This document shows positions 17,606 to 27,080 of a stretch of 28,609 nucleotides of DNA, one piece after another. The stretch is from positions 1-28,609 of the forward strand of contig CAMTOW010000001.1 of NCBI GenBank assembly GCA_947074245.1. The letters are read 5' to 3'. The translations under genes and the position numbers were made by a program. Positions within the stretch are counted from its first letter, which is position 1. The number at the start of each line of letters is the position of its first letter. A model generated the notes under the pieces. It was not told the DNA's origin and did not search any database. It saw only the letters and a list, made by a program, of their open reading frames with translations. The DNA is from an uncultured Bacteroidales bacterium. GTDB lineage: Bacteria; Bacteroidota; Bacteroidia; Bacteroidales; JAUNSR01.

Positions 17606-17644
17606 TAGTATTAAGGTTGCATTAGCACTTTGATTTACCGATTG

Positions 17645-17652
17645 CGAATATA
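17645..17652 (-). promoter_or_regulatory. Possible -7 box variant for the GH36 gene
   Basis: Minus-strand TATATTCG, one mismatch to TAnnTTTG, 39 nt upstream of the ATG. Confidence 0.4.
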
Positions 17653-17748
17653 TAACATGATTTGAAAATCAGGCAATAATGATACATTCGGGAAATAGTT
17701 TATGACAAAAGGGTATGTTTTACTCTTTTCAGAAGAACCAGTGAGCTA

Positions 17749-17782
17749 TAAAAAAACCGCACCGACATAAATCGGCGCGGTT
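17749..17782 (-). terminator. Intrinsic terminator after the TlpA-like gene
   Basis: Minus strand AACCGCGCCGA-TTTATG-TCGGTGCGGTT (one G-U pair), followed by a T run. Confidence 0.8.
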
Positions 17783-17803
17783 GAGCCCGGATGACCCGGA
17801 AGC

Positions 17804-18910
17804 TTATTTCATATATTTTGCCAATACGGCATCAAGTTCCTCTCCTTTGATGTTGCGTTCTACGATTACACCATCCGGTCCGATCAGGATTGTAGACGGA
17901 ATAGAACGGATTCCATAAATGTCTGAAGCGGCGCTCTGCCATCCTTTCAGGTCAGACATCTGAGGCCAGGTAATATTCAGATCCGAGACACCTTTCTTCC
18001 ATGCGTCTGCACTACTGTCGAAAGATACTCCTACGATTTCCAAACCTTTTGAAGCATATTTCGAATAAGCCTCGACAACCGACGGCATATCACGACGACA
18101 CGGTCCACACCAGCTTGCCCAGAAATCAACCAAAACATACTTTCCTTTGCCTGCATAATCGGACAAAGAAACCGTATTTCCATCCATATCCGGCATAGTA
18201 ATCTCTGTAAACGTCGCTCCCGGCATACTACGACGAACTGCCGCCGCATGAGCCGCACTTCGTTTTCCAAATGGTGAAGCTGAGAATGCATCGGTAGACA
18301 CGCTCAGGATCTCTTCGATCGTTTGTGGATCCATCGATGAAAGCTGGCGGGAAAGAGCGTAAGCCCCTACTACATTCGAATTGTTATTCTGAATGAAGTT
18401 GCGAATCTGCGTATCATAGTAAGCTCCGATCGAATCATATTTCTGATCGATCATCGCTTCTGCGTCTGCATTATACTGATCTTTGGTTTTTAATTCCTGA
18501 TAAAGGGCACGAAGATCTGAAAATCCTTTTTTCTTGGCATTGTCGATTCCGACGAACGCAGTCAGCGAGTCATTGAGCGGACTGCCCGTAACCGAAGACG
18601 TTTGATCAATGACGGCACGGATATCACCGTTTTCAATCACGACAGGAACAGGACGTGAACCGGAAAAATACGGACGGAACTTCAATACTCCATAGGCAGG
18701 CTGCTCTTGTTGTCCGTTAAACGAGAATGTTCCGTTGGTAACGACAGTACTGTCGATGTTGGCATACTCCAACTTATCATTGATAACCTGAAGAAAAATA
18801 GTATCTCCTTCTAATTCCTGAGGAGCCTTACCGGCGATGTGATACGTTTTGGGAGCTGAACAGGATGCAAGCATCGCGGCCCCTAGCATGAATGTGAATA
18901 AATTGCGCAT
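17804..18910 (-). CDS. DUF4369-type / TlpA-ResA-like thiol-disulfide oxidoreductase lipoprotein, 368 aa
   Basis: Lipobox LASC. N-domain YHIAG...DSTVVTNGTFSFNG...VTGSPLND. C-terminal VSLSDYAGKGKYVLVDFWASWCGPCRR, GVSFD, YGIRSIPSTILIGPDG. Confidence 0.9.
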   Translation of the reverse strand: MRNLFTFMLGAAMLASCSAPKTYHIAGKAPQELEGDTIFLQVINDKLEYANIDSTVVTNGTFSFNGQQEQPAYGVLKFRPYFSGSRPVPVVIENGDIRAVIDQTSSVTGSPLNDSLTAFVGIDNAKKKGFSDLRALYQELKTKDQYNADAEAMIDQKYDSIGAYYDTQIRNFIQNNNSNVVGAYALSRQLSSMDPQTIEEILSVSTDAFSASPFGKRSAAHAAAVRRSMPGATFTEITMPDMDGNTVSLSDYAGKGKYVLVDFWASWCGPCRRDMPSVVEAYSKYASKGLEIVGVSFDSSADAWKKGVSDLNITWPQMSDLKGWQSAASDIYGIRSIPSTILIGPDGVIVERNIKGEELDAVLAKYMK

Positions 18911-18943
18911 ATATTTATTAAATTTTACAGATAGTCGTTATCG

Positions 18944-18951
18944 CAAAAATA
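18944..18951 (-). promoter_or_regulatory. Putative -7 box for the TlpA-like gene
   Basis: Minus-strand TATTTTTG, 33 nt upstream of the ATG at 18910, within the 72-bp gap after pbpC. Confidence 0.55.
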
Positions 18952-18982
18952 GAAAACTTAATCAGATCCGACAAATGAAAGA

Positions 18983-21304
18983 TCACCGACTGACGATTTC
19001 GAAGCGGATCTTCCTGCTATCGCCCGACTCATCAATCAAAAGTAATGTATAATTCCCGGCTTCGGGAGATATGGCAAGCTGGTGATTGCCGTTGGTTTCG
19101 CCTATATACCGATCGTTGAGATGCCAATACAGTGTCGCCTCCGGACGGATATGCGCGGCCTTGAATACGATATTTTCCCGTTGACCCGTAAATCCTTTCG
19201 GAAGAAAAAGCCTCATTCCATGCCGTGGATAAATGAATTCGATCTGTCTCTCATTGGAGAATTCACATCCGGGAAGTAATTCGGGAAGGGGTTCGTATCC
19301 CGGATTGGAAGAGCGAAAATACCATTCCTGAGCCGGCGGAAGAACAAACCAGTTTGCCGCGACCTGGTGTTGTGGATCGCAACAGGTTGCATTGACCCGA
19401 TAATGTCTGCTTTCGTCGAGATAGATTCGCTTGTGATAGGGACACAGAGTTGTCTTTATTCCTGCGGCAGGCATATATAGCGTATCGATCCGGTCGCAAT
19501 ACGGACCGGCCTTATGGCCGCTCTCGCGACAGATATCCAACTCGATCAGATTCGATACCGGTTTTTCAAACCAAGACGTAGGAGGAAGCAACGAAAACGC
19601 ATCGAATAAAACAGGAGCGGCGTATCCCACTCCGGTGACACCGGGCCTGCCTTCGCCGGACGCGTTTCCGACCCATACGCCTACGGTATATTCGGGAGTG
19701 ATTCCGATTGCCCAGGCGTCTCTTCCCCCAAAACTGGTTCCGGTCTTCCATCCGACCTGCTTCATGCTGGAGAAACTACTCCAGTCACTTTCTTCCTCGG
19801 GACGGTTCACATCCGACATTGCCTGCAAAACAAACCATAAAACGTCTTTCTTAAAAACGATTTCCTGAATATCCGAAACAGGATTCGGTCTGCCGCTCTT
19901 TAGACCCACCGGTGGAGAGAAGGGTGACTGTGTATCCGACAATAAGTTCCGCCCCATGGATGCGTACATTCCGGTCATATCCCATAACGTTCCTTCCGCT
20001 CCACCGAGAATCAGCGAACTTCCATAATGAGAAGCAGGATGGTGTAACGTCGTCATTCCGGACGATTGCAACAAATGATGAAACCGGGTATAATCATAAT
20101 CCAACAACATTCGAACCAACGGAACATTGAGCGAACGGGATATGGCACGATGGGCAGGAACGACACCGTTATAATCCTTATTATAGTTCTGAGGCGAAAA
20201 GCCGTCAATGTATAAAGGGATATCGGGAACAAGCATATTGGGCAGAAGCTGTCCGTCACTCATCATCGCTCCGTATAGAAACGGTTTGAGCAGACTTCCC
20301 GTACTCCGTTCCGCCCGGATCATATCCACTTGACGCCCCCACTGAGCATCTCCCGGCAGGGAGGAATTACCGACATACGAAAGGACTTCACCCGACGATG
20401 TATCCAAAATCAGGATCGCGATATTACGCACCTGATTTCCGGAGTAAAGCGCTGAATACCGATCGGCCAATTCGTTCACCCGAGTTTGTAAATAGGGGTC
20501 GATGGTGGAATAGATAAAACCGGCTTGATTCGTACTCCGACAACGGTTCAGAAAATGCGGAGCATAGTCCGGTAAAGGGTAAGGTCGCTGTGGCAGCGGT
20601 TCTTCACAAGATAATTCGTACGTCAGCCTGTCGATGGTATCATCTTCATAAAGCCTTTTCAAAAGCTGATTTCGTTTTTGCAGCAAACGATGCCGATTCC
20701 GGCCGGGATGGATAAGTGCGGGAGAATTAGGCAAAACGGCGAGCGTAGCACTCTCTGCCCAAGACAGCGCATCCAGGGAACGACCGAAGTAACGCCAAGC
20801 CGCACATTCGACTCCGACGATATTACCTCCGAAGGGAGCATTAGACGCGTATAAAGCGAGAATTGATTTTTTTGAATATGAACACTCCAACCGCAGAGCG
20901 ATCCAAGCTTCTATGATCTTTTCATGAAAGACTCGGGCTTTACCTTTCCGGTGGAGTCGAACGAGCTGCATGGTGAGCGTACTTCCGCCGCTTACGACTT
21001 TCTTTTTTGACAGATTCTGACGGATCGCACGACCGATCGCAAGCGGATCAATGCCGAGATGGGCGTAGAAACGCTTGTCTTCGAAACGGATCAGGCATTC
21101 CGAGAATTTATCAGGAACGCGTTGTGTAGCGGGAAAACGCCATTGACCGTCTGCAGCAACACGCGCTCCGAGTAACGTTGAGTCGGCAGAAAGCAACACA
21201 TCGGAAACGGGATCGGAAAACAAAGGCGACGGCAATGAAAACAGGAATAAGACCGTAAAAAACAAGAGAAAAGAAAGAAGTAACTTTCGAATAAGCTTAT
21301 TCAT
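18983..21304 (-). CDS. pbpC: Penicillin-binding protein 1C (bifunctional transglycosylase/transpeptidase), about 773 aa
   Basis: N-terminal TM anchor. GT51 motifs FEDKRFYAHLGID and GGSTLTMQL. Transpeptidase SLLK (SxxK), SLN (SxN), KTG. C-terminal YPRHG...YWHLNDRYIG domain typical of PBP1C. ATG at 21304 chosen over the adjacent TTG at 21307. Confidence 0.93.
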   Translation of the reverse strand: MNKLIRKLLLSFLLFFTVLFLFSLPSPLFSDPVSDVLLSADSTLLGARVAADGQWRFPATQRVPDKFSECLIRFEDKRFYAHLGIDPLAIGRAIRQNLSKKKVVSGGSTLTMQLVRLHRKGKARVFHEKIIEAWIALRLECSYSKKSILALYASNAPFGGNIVGVECAAWRYFGRSLDALSWAESATLAVLPNSPALIHPGRNRHRLLQKRNQLLKRLYEDDTIDRLTYELSCEEPLPQRPYPLPDYAPHFLNRCRSTNQAGFIYSTIDPYLQTRVNELADRYSALYSGNQVRNIAILILDTSSGEVLSYVGNSSLPGDAQWGRQVDMIRAERSTGSLLKPFLYGAMMSDGQLLPNMLVPDIPLYIDGFSPQNYNKDYNGVVPAHRAISRSLNVPLVRMLLDYDYTRFHHLLQSSGMTTLHHPASHYGSSLILGGAEGTLWDMTGMYASMGRNLLSDTQSPFSPPVGLKSGRPNPVSDIQEIVFKKDVLWFVLQAMSDVNRPEEESDWSSFSSMKQVGWKTGTSFGGRDAWAIGITPEYTVGVWVGNASGEGRPGVTGVGYAAPVLFDAFSLLPPTSWFEKPVSNLIELDICRESGHKAGPYCDRIDTLYMPAAGIKTTLCPYHKRIYLDESRHYRVNATCCDPQHQVAANWFVLPPAQEWYFRSSNPGYEPLPELLPGCEFSNERQIEFIYPRHGMRLFLPKGFTGQRENIVFKAAHIRPEATLYWHLNDRYIGETNGNHQLAISPEAGNYTLLLIDESGDSRKIRFEIVSR

Positions 21305-21346
21305 CAAAATAAAAATTGAATATCGATAAAAACGGTTGAAAGCAAT

Positions 21347-21366
21347 AATTAAATATATATTTAATT
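21347..21366. promoter_or_regulatory. Perfect 20-bp palindrome between the divergent pbpC and A2M starts
   Basis: AATTAAATAT|ATATTTAATT. Confidence 0.5.
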
Positions 21367-21414
21367 TTATTACTAATTTTATTTCATAATCATAAATTAT
21401 AACTTAATCATAAT

Positions 21415-24400
21415 ATGAAAAATTATTCATCGCTGATTCTGATGTTTCTCATTGCTCTATTAGGAGGGTGTGAGAAAAAAGAAAATTCGTATGACAAACG
21501 TTTTTCCACTCAGGTCGTCGATTTCAACCCACTCGTGGAGGGCTATACCGAGGGAATGGTAGGAAGAGCCGCGACGGTAAACGTCTTATTCTCGGTCAAT
21601 ATCCCCGACAAACATCAAAGTCCGGAATTTCTGGAAAAAGTTTTTTCGATCACGCCGAAGGTTAAGGGAACGTTGTCTGTCAGAAACCGAAGAGAACTGA
21701 TCTTTAAACCCAACTCGTTATTGAATCGGAATGAGAATTATACGGTTTCGATCGATTTGAAAAAACTCTTCGACACGGAAGAGAAAAGTAACCGTTTCAG
21801 TTTTTCGTTTTGGACGATTCCGCCGGAAATAAACATGAAAATAACGAACCTGAATCTGGATATCACCGAACTGGGCGATACGATATACAATATCGTTTGT
21901 CACGCGAAGACATCGGATATTGAAGATAGTCTCGTAATCCGGAATCTATTTGAGTTCAGCGAACCCGTAATCGTTAACTGGGATAAGCAAAGAAGATCGA
22001 ATGACTTCCGCCTTACCGTTCAACCGGAAAAACAATATGCCAAAGGTGGGAAAATTGACGTATTCATAAAAGATAACCCGGAAGGATATCGGAAAAAGAA
22101 AATCGCTACGCTAAAAGTACCCGCTAAAAATGATTTCTCGGTGTATCAAATCGAACCTGTCACCGGGAACGATGAATATGTGAACGTGATTTTCACACGA
22201 TCTCTCGATCCGGATCAGGACCTTTCCGGATTGATCGAGGTCTCGCCAAATGACAATACAACCATGAGCATCGCCGGAAACCGCCTGAAGATATGGATCG
22301 CCGATAAAAATCGATCGGACCATATCGTGCGGGTCCACGACGGTATCAGATCGACCGCAAACCGCGTTTTGAAAAAATCGGAAGTAAATAATCCGAACGA
22401 TTATGTAAAAGAGGTATCGTTTCAATCGAAAAATCCATCGCTGGGATTCATTGGTAATGGATCGGTGATTCCGATTGAAGGAAACGCCATCGTGCCTTTT
22501 TACGCGACAAGCTTGCGAGGGGTAATCGTACGCATCATCAAGATTTATGAAAACAACATGGGAGAATTTCTCCAGATCAATAATCTGAATGGCGACAATC
22601 AATTGCCGCGCGTAGGCGTATTGCTATGCCGGAAAATCATCTTTCTGGATGAGATGTCTCATTATGACTTATCCGACCGAAATGCGTTTGCTCTTGATCT
22701 GAAATCTCTGATCACTCCCGAACCGGGAGCCATGTATCGGGTAATTCTGTCTTTCAATCAGGATTTGTCGGCCTTTCCGTGTGAAAACAACCGGCATATG
22801 TCGAAAAAAGAGCTTCTAGAACAGAATGCGATTATTGAAAAGAATGAAATGGAACAGTTCGGTAACGGAAACTCCTATTATTATTTCAATGATCAGGGTT
22901 GGGAAAACTACAATTGGGACGAAAGGAATATGCCTTGCAAATCGTCTTATTATGTGAATAGACAAGTTGGAAAGAACATCTTATATTCTGATTTGGGCAT
23001 AATCGCGAAAAACGGTGATGCGGGAAATATGCTGGTTTCGGTTCATAACTTATCAACGGCTCGACCGGAGAAAGACGTTTCCGTATCGGTATATGATTTT
23101 CAGAATCAACTGATCGAAAGAAAGACAACCTGGGATGACGGAACGGTAGAAATTAATGTTCTGAATAAAAAACCTTATTACCTGATCGCTAAAAATAAGG
23201 AACATACGGGATATCTACGATTGGATCCGTCTCAATCGTTGTCAATGAGTACGTTTGACGTGGCCGGAGAAGAAGTGAGAAAAGGGATCAAAGGGTTCAT
23301 TTATACGGATCGAGGTGTTTGGCGTCCGGGCGACTCGATCTATGTGACGTTTATCCTGAATGATCGCGATAAGGCTTTGCCGCCGAACCATCCGGTTACA
23401 TTGGAATTGTTTACCCCCGATAATCAGCTTTATAAAAAGATAAGTTATCGCAGATCTCTCAATAATTTTTATTATTTCCCGATCAAGACTCCGGAGAACG
23501 GGAAGACCGGGATCTGGAACTGTCAAATATCGGTAGGAGGCGTTTCGTTCTATAAGAAGCTACGTATCGAAACGATAAAACCGAATCGACTGGAAATCGA
23601 TTTGGAGTTTGATCAAAAGATATTGGAACGGAATCAGGAATTTCAAGGAAATCTGTCTTCGAGATGGTTGACGGGAGCGATGGCCAATCAATTGAAATAT
23701 GATGTAACGGCAACCTTCATCCCGACCAAGACTCAATTCGACGGCTACAAAGGATATATCTTTGATAATCCCACTGCGAAATATGAAACGGAGGATATCT
23801 TGATTTCGAAAGGTATCACGAACGAGCAGGGAAAAGCCTCTTTCAACAAGACCTTGCGACTCGGAGCAACGGCTCCTGGAATGCTTCAGGGACAATTTGT
23901 ATCGAAGGTTTATGAGGAGTCGGGAGAGTTCAGCGTAAGTGCTATTCAGAAAAACTACTCTCCATACACATCGTATGCGGGAATCCGAACCCCTCAGAAT
24001 AGTAAAAATGCTCTTTCATTAAATACGGATCATATCTTCAACATCGCAACGGTTACGCCCGATGGAAAAGCATTGGCGCATTCTGATCTGGAGATAAAAA
24101 TCTATAAGGTGGATTGGTATTGGTGGTGGAGTTCTGATTTTTCAGGAATCGCCAATTATCTGACATCAAGATATGAGAACCTGATTCGAAAGCTAAATAT
24201 GGTAACGAACAAAAATGGTCTCGGGCAGTTCGTTCTGTCATTTCGAGATGAAGATTGGGGAACCTACTACATTCAGGTAAAAGATAAAAAAAGCGGACAT
24301 CTGACAGGATGTATGGCTTATTTCGATGATGAATACCGCACGATGAACGGAGTGACGGATAAGGCGGTTTTGCTTTCGATTACGACGGATAAAGAGGAAT

Positions 24401-26988
24401 ACGTGCCGGGAGAAAAGATTCAGATATCGTTTCCTTCCGCGGAAAAAAGCCGAGCTTTGGTCTGTGTAGAAAACAGCGGAGGAATACTCCAACATCAGGA
24501 AGTAAATTGCCAGAAGGGAGAAACGCGCTTGACGATTGAAGCGAGCAAGGATATGGAACCGAACGTCTATATCAGTGTCAGCCTTATCAATCCGTACGCG
24601 ACGACGGAAAGCGACCTTCCGATCCGGATGTATGGTGTGGTTCCGATACGCGTATGTGGTGCGGACTCACATCTGGAACCGATTATCAAATCTCCGGAGA
24701 GTGTAAAACCGAATTCTCGTTTCAATGTTACGATCAGTGAGAAAAAGGGATTACCGATGACTTATACGATCGCAGTCGTTGACGACGGATTATTGGATCT
24801 GACGCGATTCAAGACTCCTTCTCCGTGGAATGCGTTCTTTGCAAAAGAAGCTTTGAGCGTACGAACATGGGATATGTATAATTTCGTATTAGGAGCCTAT
24901 GGTGGTAAAATTGAGCAGATGTTCAGCATCGGTGGAGATGACGCATTGAATAAAGGACCGAAAGCGATCATGAACCGTTTTGAACCCGTAGTCATCTATA
25001 AAGGACCATACGAGTTGAAAAAAGGGGAAAGTAAAACGATCCCGATAGATATGCCGAATTACATCGGTCGCGTGCGCTGTATGGTTGTGGCCGGTAATGA
25101 AAATGGATATGGGAATGCGGAGAAAAACATATTCGTCAGACAACCGGTGATGATTCTGGGAACATTACCGCGATTGCTCGCTCCGGGCGATGAGATTTGG
25201 GTGCCTGCTACTGTTTTTGCAATGGAAGATAATATCGGAGATATTGCGGTTGAACTCAGTTCTTCTCCTGACTTCGACGTTATCGGAAACAATCGACAAA
25301 CCGTGAGCATGCAAAAAACAGGCAATAAATTGATCTGGTTTAAAATCAAGACCAAAGAAACGACTGGTGCAGGACAGATCAGCTTAACGGCAAGAGCAAA
25401 AAACAATACCTCATTATGGTGTACCGACATTGAGATCAAATCGCCGTTGACATCGGTTATGAAGATTCAGAATTATACGGTCGAAAAAGGTGAGACGGCA
25501 GACATTTCCTTCCAATCGTTCGGTCTGAATGGATCGCAGAGCGCACAGCTAGAGGTATCGGGGGTAAAACCGCTCAACTTATCCAAACGGTTGGGATATC
25601 TGCTGGATTATCCGTATTCTTGTTTGGAGCAACTTATCTCAAAAGCATTCCCATATCTGTATTTGGCGGATGTGGCTGAGTTCTCGACACAAGAACATCA
25701 GCGAATGAAAGAGACTGTCAATGATGTTTTAGGAAGATTACCTTCCTATCTGGTAGGCGGAACGGGGGGAGTTTCGTACTGGCCGGGAGGAACCAACGTG
25801 AATGGCTGGGGAACGGCATACGCGGCTAATTTCCTGATAGAAGCTACGAAAAGAGGGTATCCTATTCAACCGAGACTGATGAAACGCGTAACTGAATATA
25901 TTGGAAACATTGCAAGGAATTGGAACTCGGTAGAATCACCTTATCAAAATTCGGAACAATCGACTCAAGCCTATCGACTGTATGTGTTGGCAAAAGCGGG
26001 TATGACGGAAAGCGGTGCGATGAATCGACTCAGAACATTACCGAATCTCAATCCGAATGCGAAATGGATACTGGCGCTGGCTTATGCGGAGGTTGGTCGT
26101 GATGATATTTCCAAACAGTTGATTGAATCGGCTGGAAATGACACAAACCGGACAGACGGCTGGGATTATACGTTCGGTTCGCCATTGCGTGAAATGGGAT
26201 ATCATTTGCTGCTTTTCACAAAACTGAAAATGAACAGGAACGCATCGGCTCTAGCTGGCACGATTCAGGAGATACTTGCTTCGCAGAATTGGTATGATAC
26301 CTATGCGACTTCGACTGCGCTTATCGCAATGGCGAGATATTATGAATGGATGCCTCCGGTTAAAGAAATGAGCTTTACCTTGGCGGATGGAAGCAAAAAT
26401 GACGCCATCAGTTGCAATAAAGCGTTCTGGAGCGGACCGGTAAACTTTAAAAACGGAAACGCGCAGCTGAAACTGAAAAACAATAGTTCGGGAACCTTGT
26501 TTATCCGCTCGATCGTCTCGGGAATTCCGACAACCGGGGAACAGTTCGCAACAGAAAATGGAATGGCGCTGAACATAACCTATACGAATGCGAACGGCGC
26601 TCCGATAGAGATCAGTTCGCTTCCGCAAGGCACGAATTTCTTCATGAACGCAGAAGTTATAAATACGCAGGGAACACCCATCAAGGATCTGATGCTGGAT
26701 CAACAAATCCCGTCAGGATGGGAAATTCTTAATACGGGATATATGTTTGGAAACGAAAGTTCAGGAACTAAGAATCCGGGGATAACGTATCAGAACATAT
26801 TGGATACGAAAGTAATTAGTTATATTCCTCGGATGGAAGCGTTTCAACGTATCACGGTACGTGTACCCGTGGTTGCTTCATTCGCAGGAAAATACTTCTT
26901 ACCTGCTACGACCTGCGAAGCGATGTATGATGGAAATATAAACGCGTCATCCAAAGGAGTAATGATTGAAGTGGTTCGTAACGAATGA
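21415..26988 (+). CDS. Bacterial alpha-2-macroglobulin (YfhM family) lipoprotein with intact thioester motif, 1857 aa
   Basis: Lipobox LGGC. MG2 motif GFIYTDRGVWRPGD. AVVDDGLLDLTRFKTP. Bait-flanking SIGGD...NRFEP. RCMVVAG. Thioester YPYSCLEQ (TGT at 25621, Cys1403). C-terminal GKYFLPATTCEAMYD. Confidence 0.95.
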   Translation: MKNYSSLILMFLIALLGGCEKKENSYDKRFSTQVVDFNPLVEGYTEGMVGRAATVNVLFSVNIPDKHQSPEFLEKVFSITPKVKGTLSVRNRRELIFKPNSLLNRNENYTVSIDLKKLFDTEEKSNRFSFSFWTIPPEINMKITNLNLDITELGDTIYNIVCHAKTSDIEDSLVIRNLFEFSEPVIVNWDKQRRSNDFRLTVQPEKQYAKGGKIDVFIKDNPEGYRKKKIATLKVPAKNDFSVYQIEPVTGNDEYVNVIFTRSLDPDQDLSGLIEVSPNDNTTMSIAGNRLKIWIADKNRSDHIVRVHDGIRSTANRVLKKSEVNNPNDYVKEVSFQSKNPSLGFIGNGSVIPIEGNAIVPFYATSLRGVIVRIIKIYENNMGEFLQINNLNGDNQLPRVGVLLCRKIIFLDEMSHYDLSDRNAFALDLKSLITPEPGAMYRVILSFNQDLSAFPCENNRHMSKKELLEQNAIIEKNEMEQFGNGNSYYYFNDQGWENYNWDERNMPCKSSYYVNRQVGKNILYSDLGIIAKNGDAGNMLVSVHNLSTARPEKDVSVSVYDFQNQLIERKTTWDDGTVEINVLNKKPYYLIAKNKEHTGYLRLDPSQSLSMSTFDVAGEEVRKGIKGFIYTDRGVWRPGDSIYVTFILNDRDKALPPNHPVTLELFTPDNQLYKKISYRRSLNNFYYFPIKTPENGKTGIWNCQISVGGVSFYKKLRIETIKPNRLEIDLEFDQKILERNQEFQGNLSSRWLTGAMANQLKYDVTATFIPTKTQFDGYKGYIFDNPTAKYETEDILISKGITNEQGKASFNKTLRLGATAPGMLQGQFVSKVYEESGEFSVSAIQKNYSPYTSYAGIRTPQNSKNALSLNTDHIFNIATVTPDGKALAHSDLEIKIYKVDWYWWWSSDFSGIANYLTSRYENLIRKLNMVTNKNGLGQFVLSFRDEDWGTYYIQVKDKKSGHLTGCMAYFDDEYRTMNGVTDKAVLLSITTDKEEYVPGEKIQISFPSAEKSRALVCVENSGGILQHQEVNCQKGETRLTIEASKDMEPNVYISVSLINPYATTESDLPIRMYGVVPIRVCGADSHLEPIIKSPESVKPNSRFNVTISEKKGLPMTYTIAVVDDGLLDLTRFKTPSPWNAFFAKEALSVRTWDMYNFVLGAYGGKIEQMFSIGGDDALNKGPKAIMNRFEPVVIYKGPYELKKGESKTIPIDMPNYIGRVRCMVVAGNENGYGNAEKNIFVRQPVMILGTLPRLLAPGDEIWVPATVFAMEDNIGDIAVELSSSPDFDVIGNNRQTVSMQKTGNKLIWFKIKTKETTGAGQISLTARAKNNTSLWCTDIEIKSPLTSVMKIQNYTVEKGETADISFQSFGLNGSQSAQLEVSGVKPLNLSKRLGYLLDYPYSCLEQLISKAFPYLYLADVAEFSTQEHQRMKETVNDVLGRLPSYLVGGTGGVSYWPGGTNVNGWGTAYAANFLIEATKRGYPIQPRLMKRVTEYIGNIARNWNSVESPYQNSEQSTQAYRLYVLAKAGMTESGAMNRLRTLPNLNPNAKWILALAYAEVGRDDISKQLIESAGNDTNRTDGWDYTFGSPLREMGYHLLLFTKLKMNRNASALAGTIQEILASQNWYDTYATSTALIAMARYYEWMPPVKEMSFTLADGSKNDAISCNKAFWSGPVNFKNGNAQLKLKNNSSGTLFIRSIVSGIPTTGEQFATENGMALNITYTNANGAPIEISSLPQGTNFFMNAEVINTQGTPIKDLMLDQQIPSGWEILNTGYMFGNESSGTKNPGITYQNILDTKVISYIPRMEAFQRITVRVPVVASFAGKYFLPATTCEAMYDGNINASSKGVMIEVVRNE

Positions 26989-27080
26989 CACTTCCGATTG
27001 GGAAAATTGACGAATCATTAGATCGGATTTCCGAATGTATAACCTGATCAAGTAGGATTGTCCGAGTACATTAATCATAA

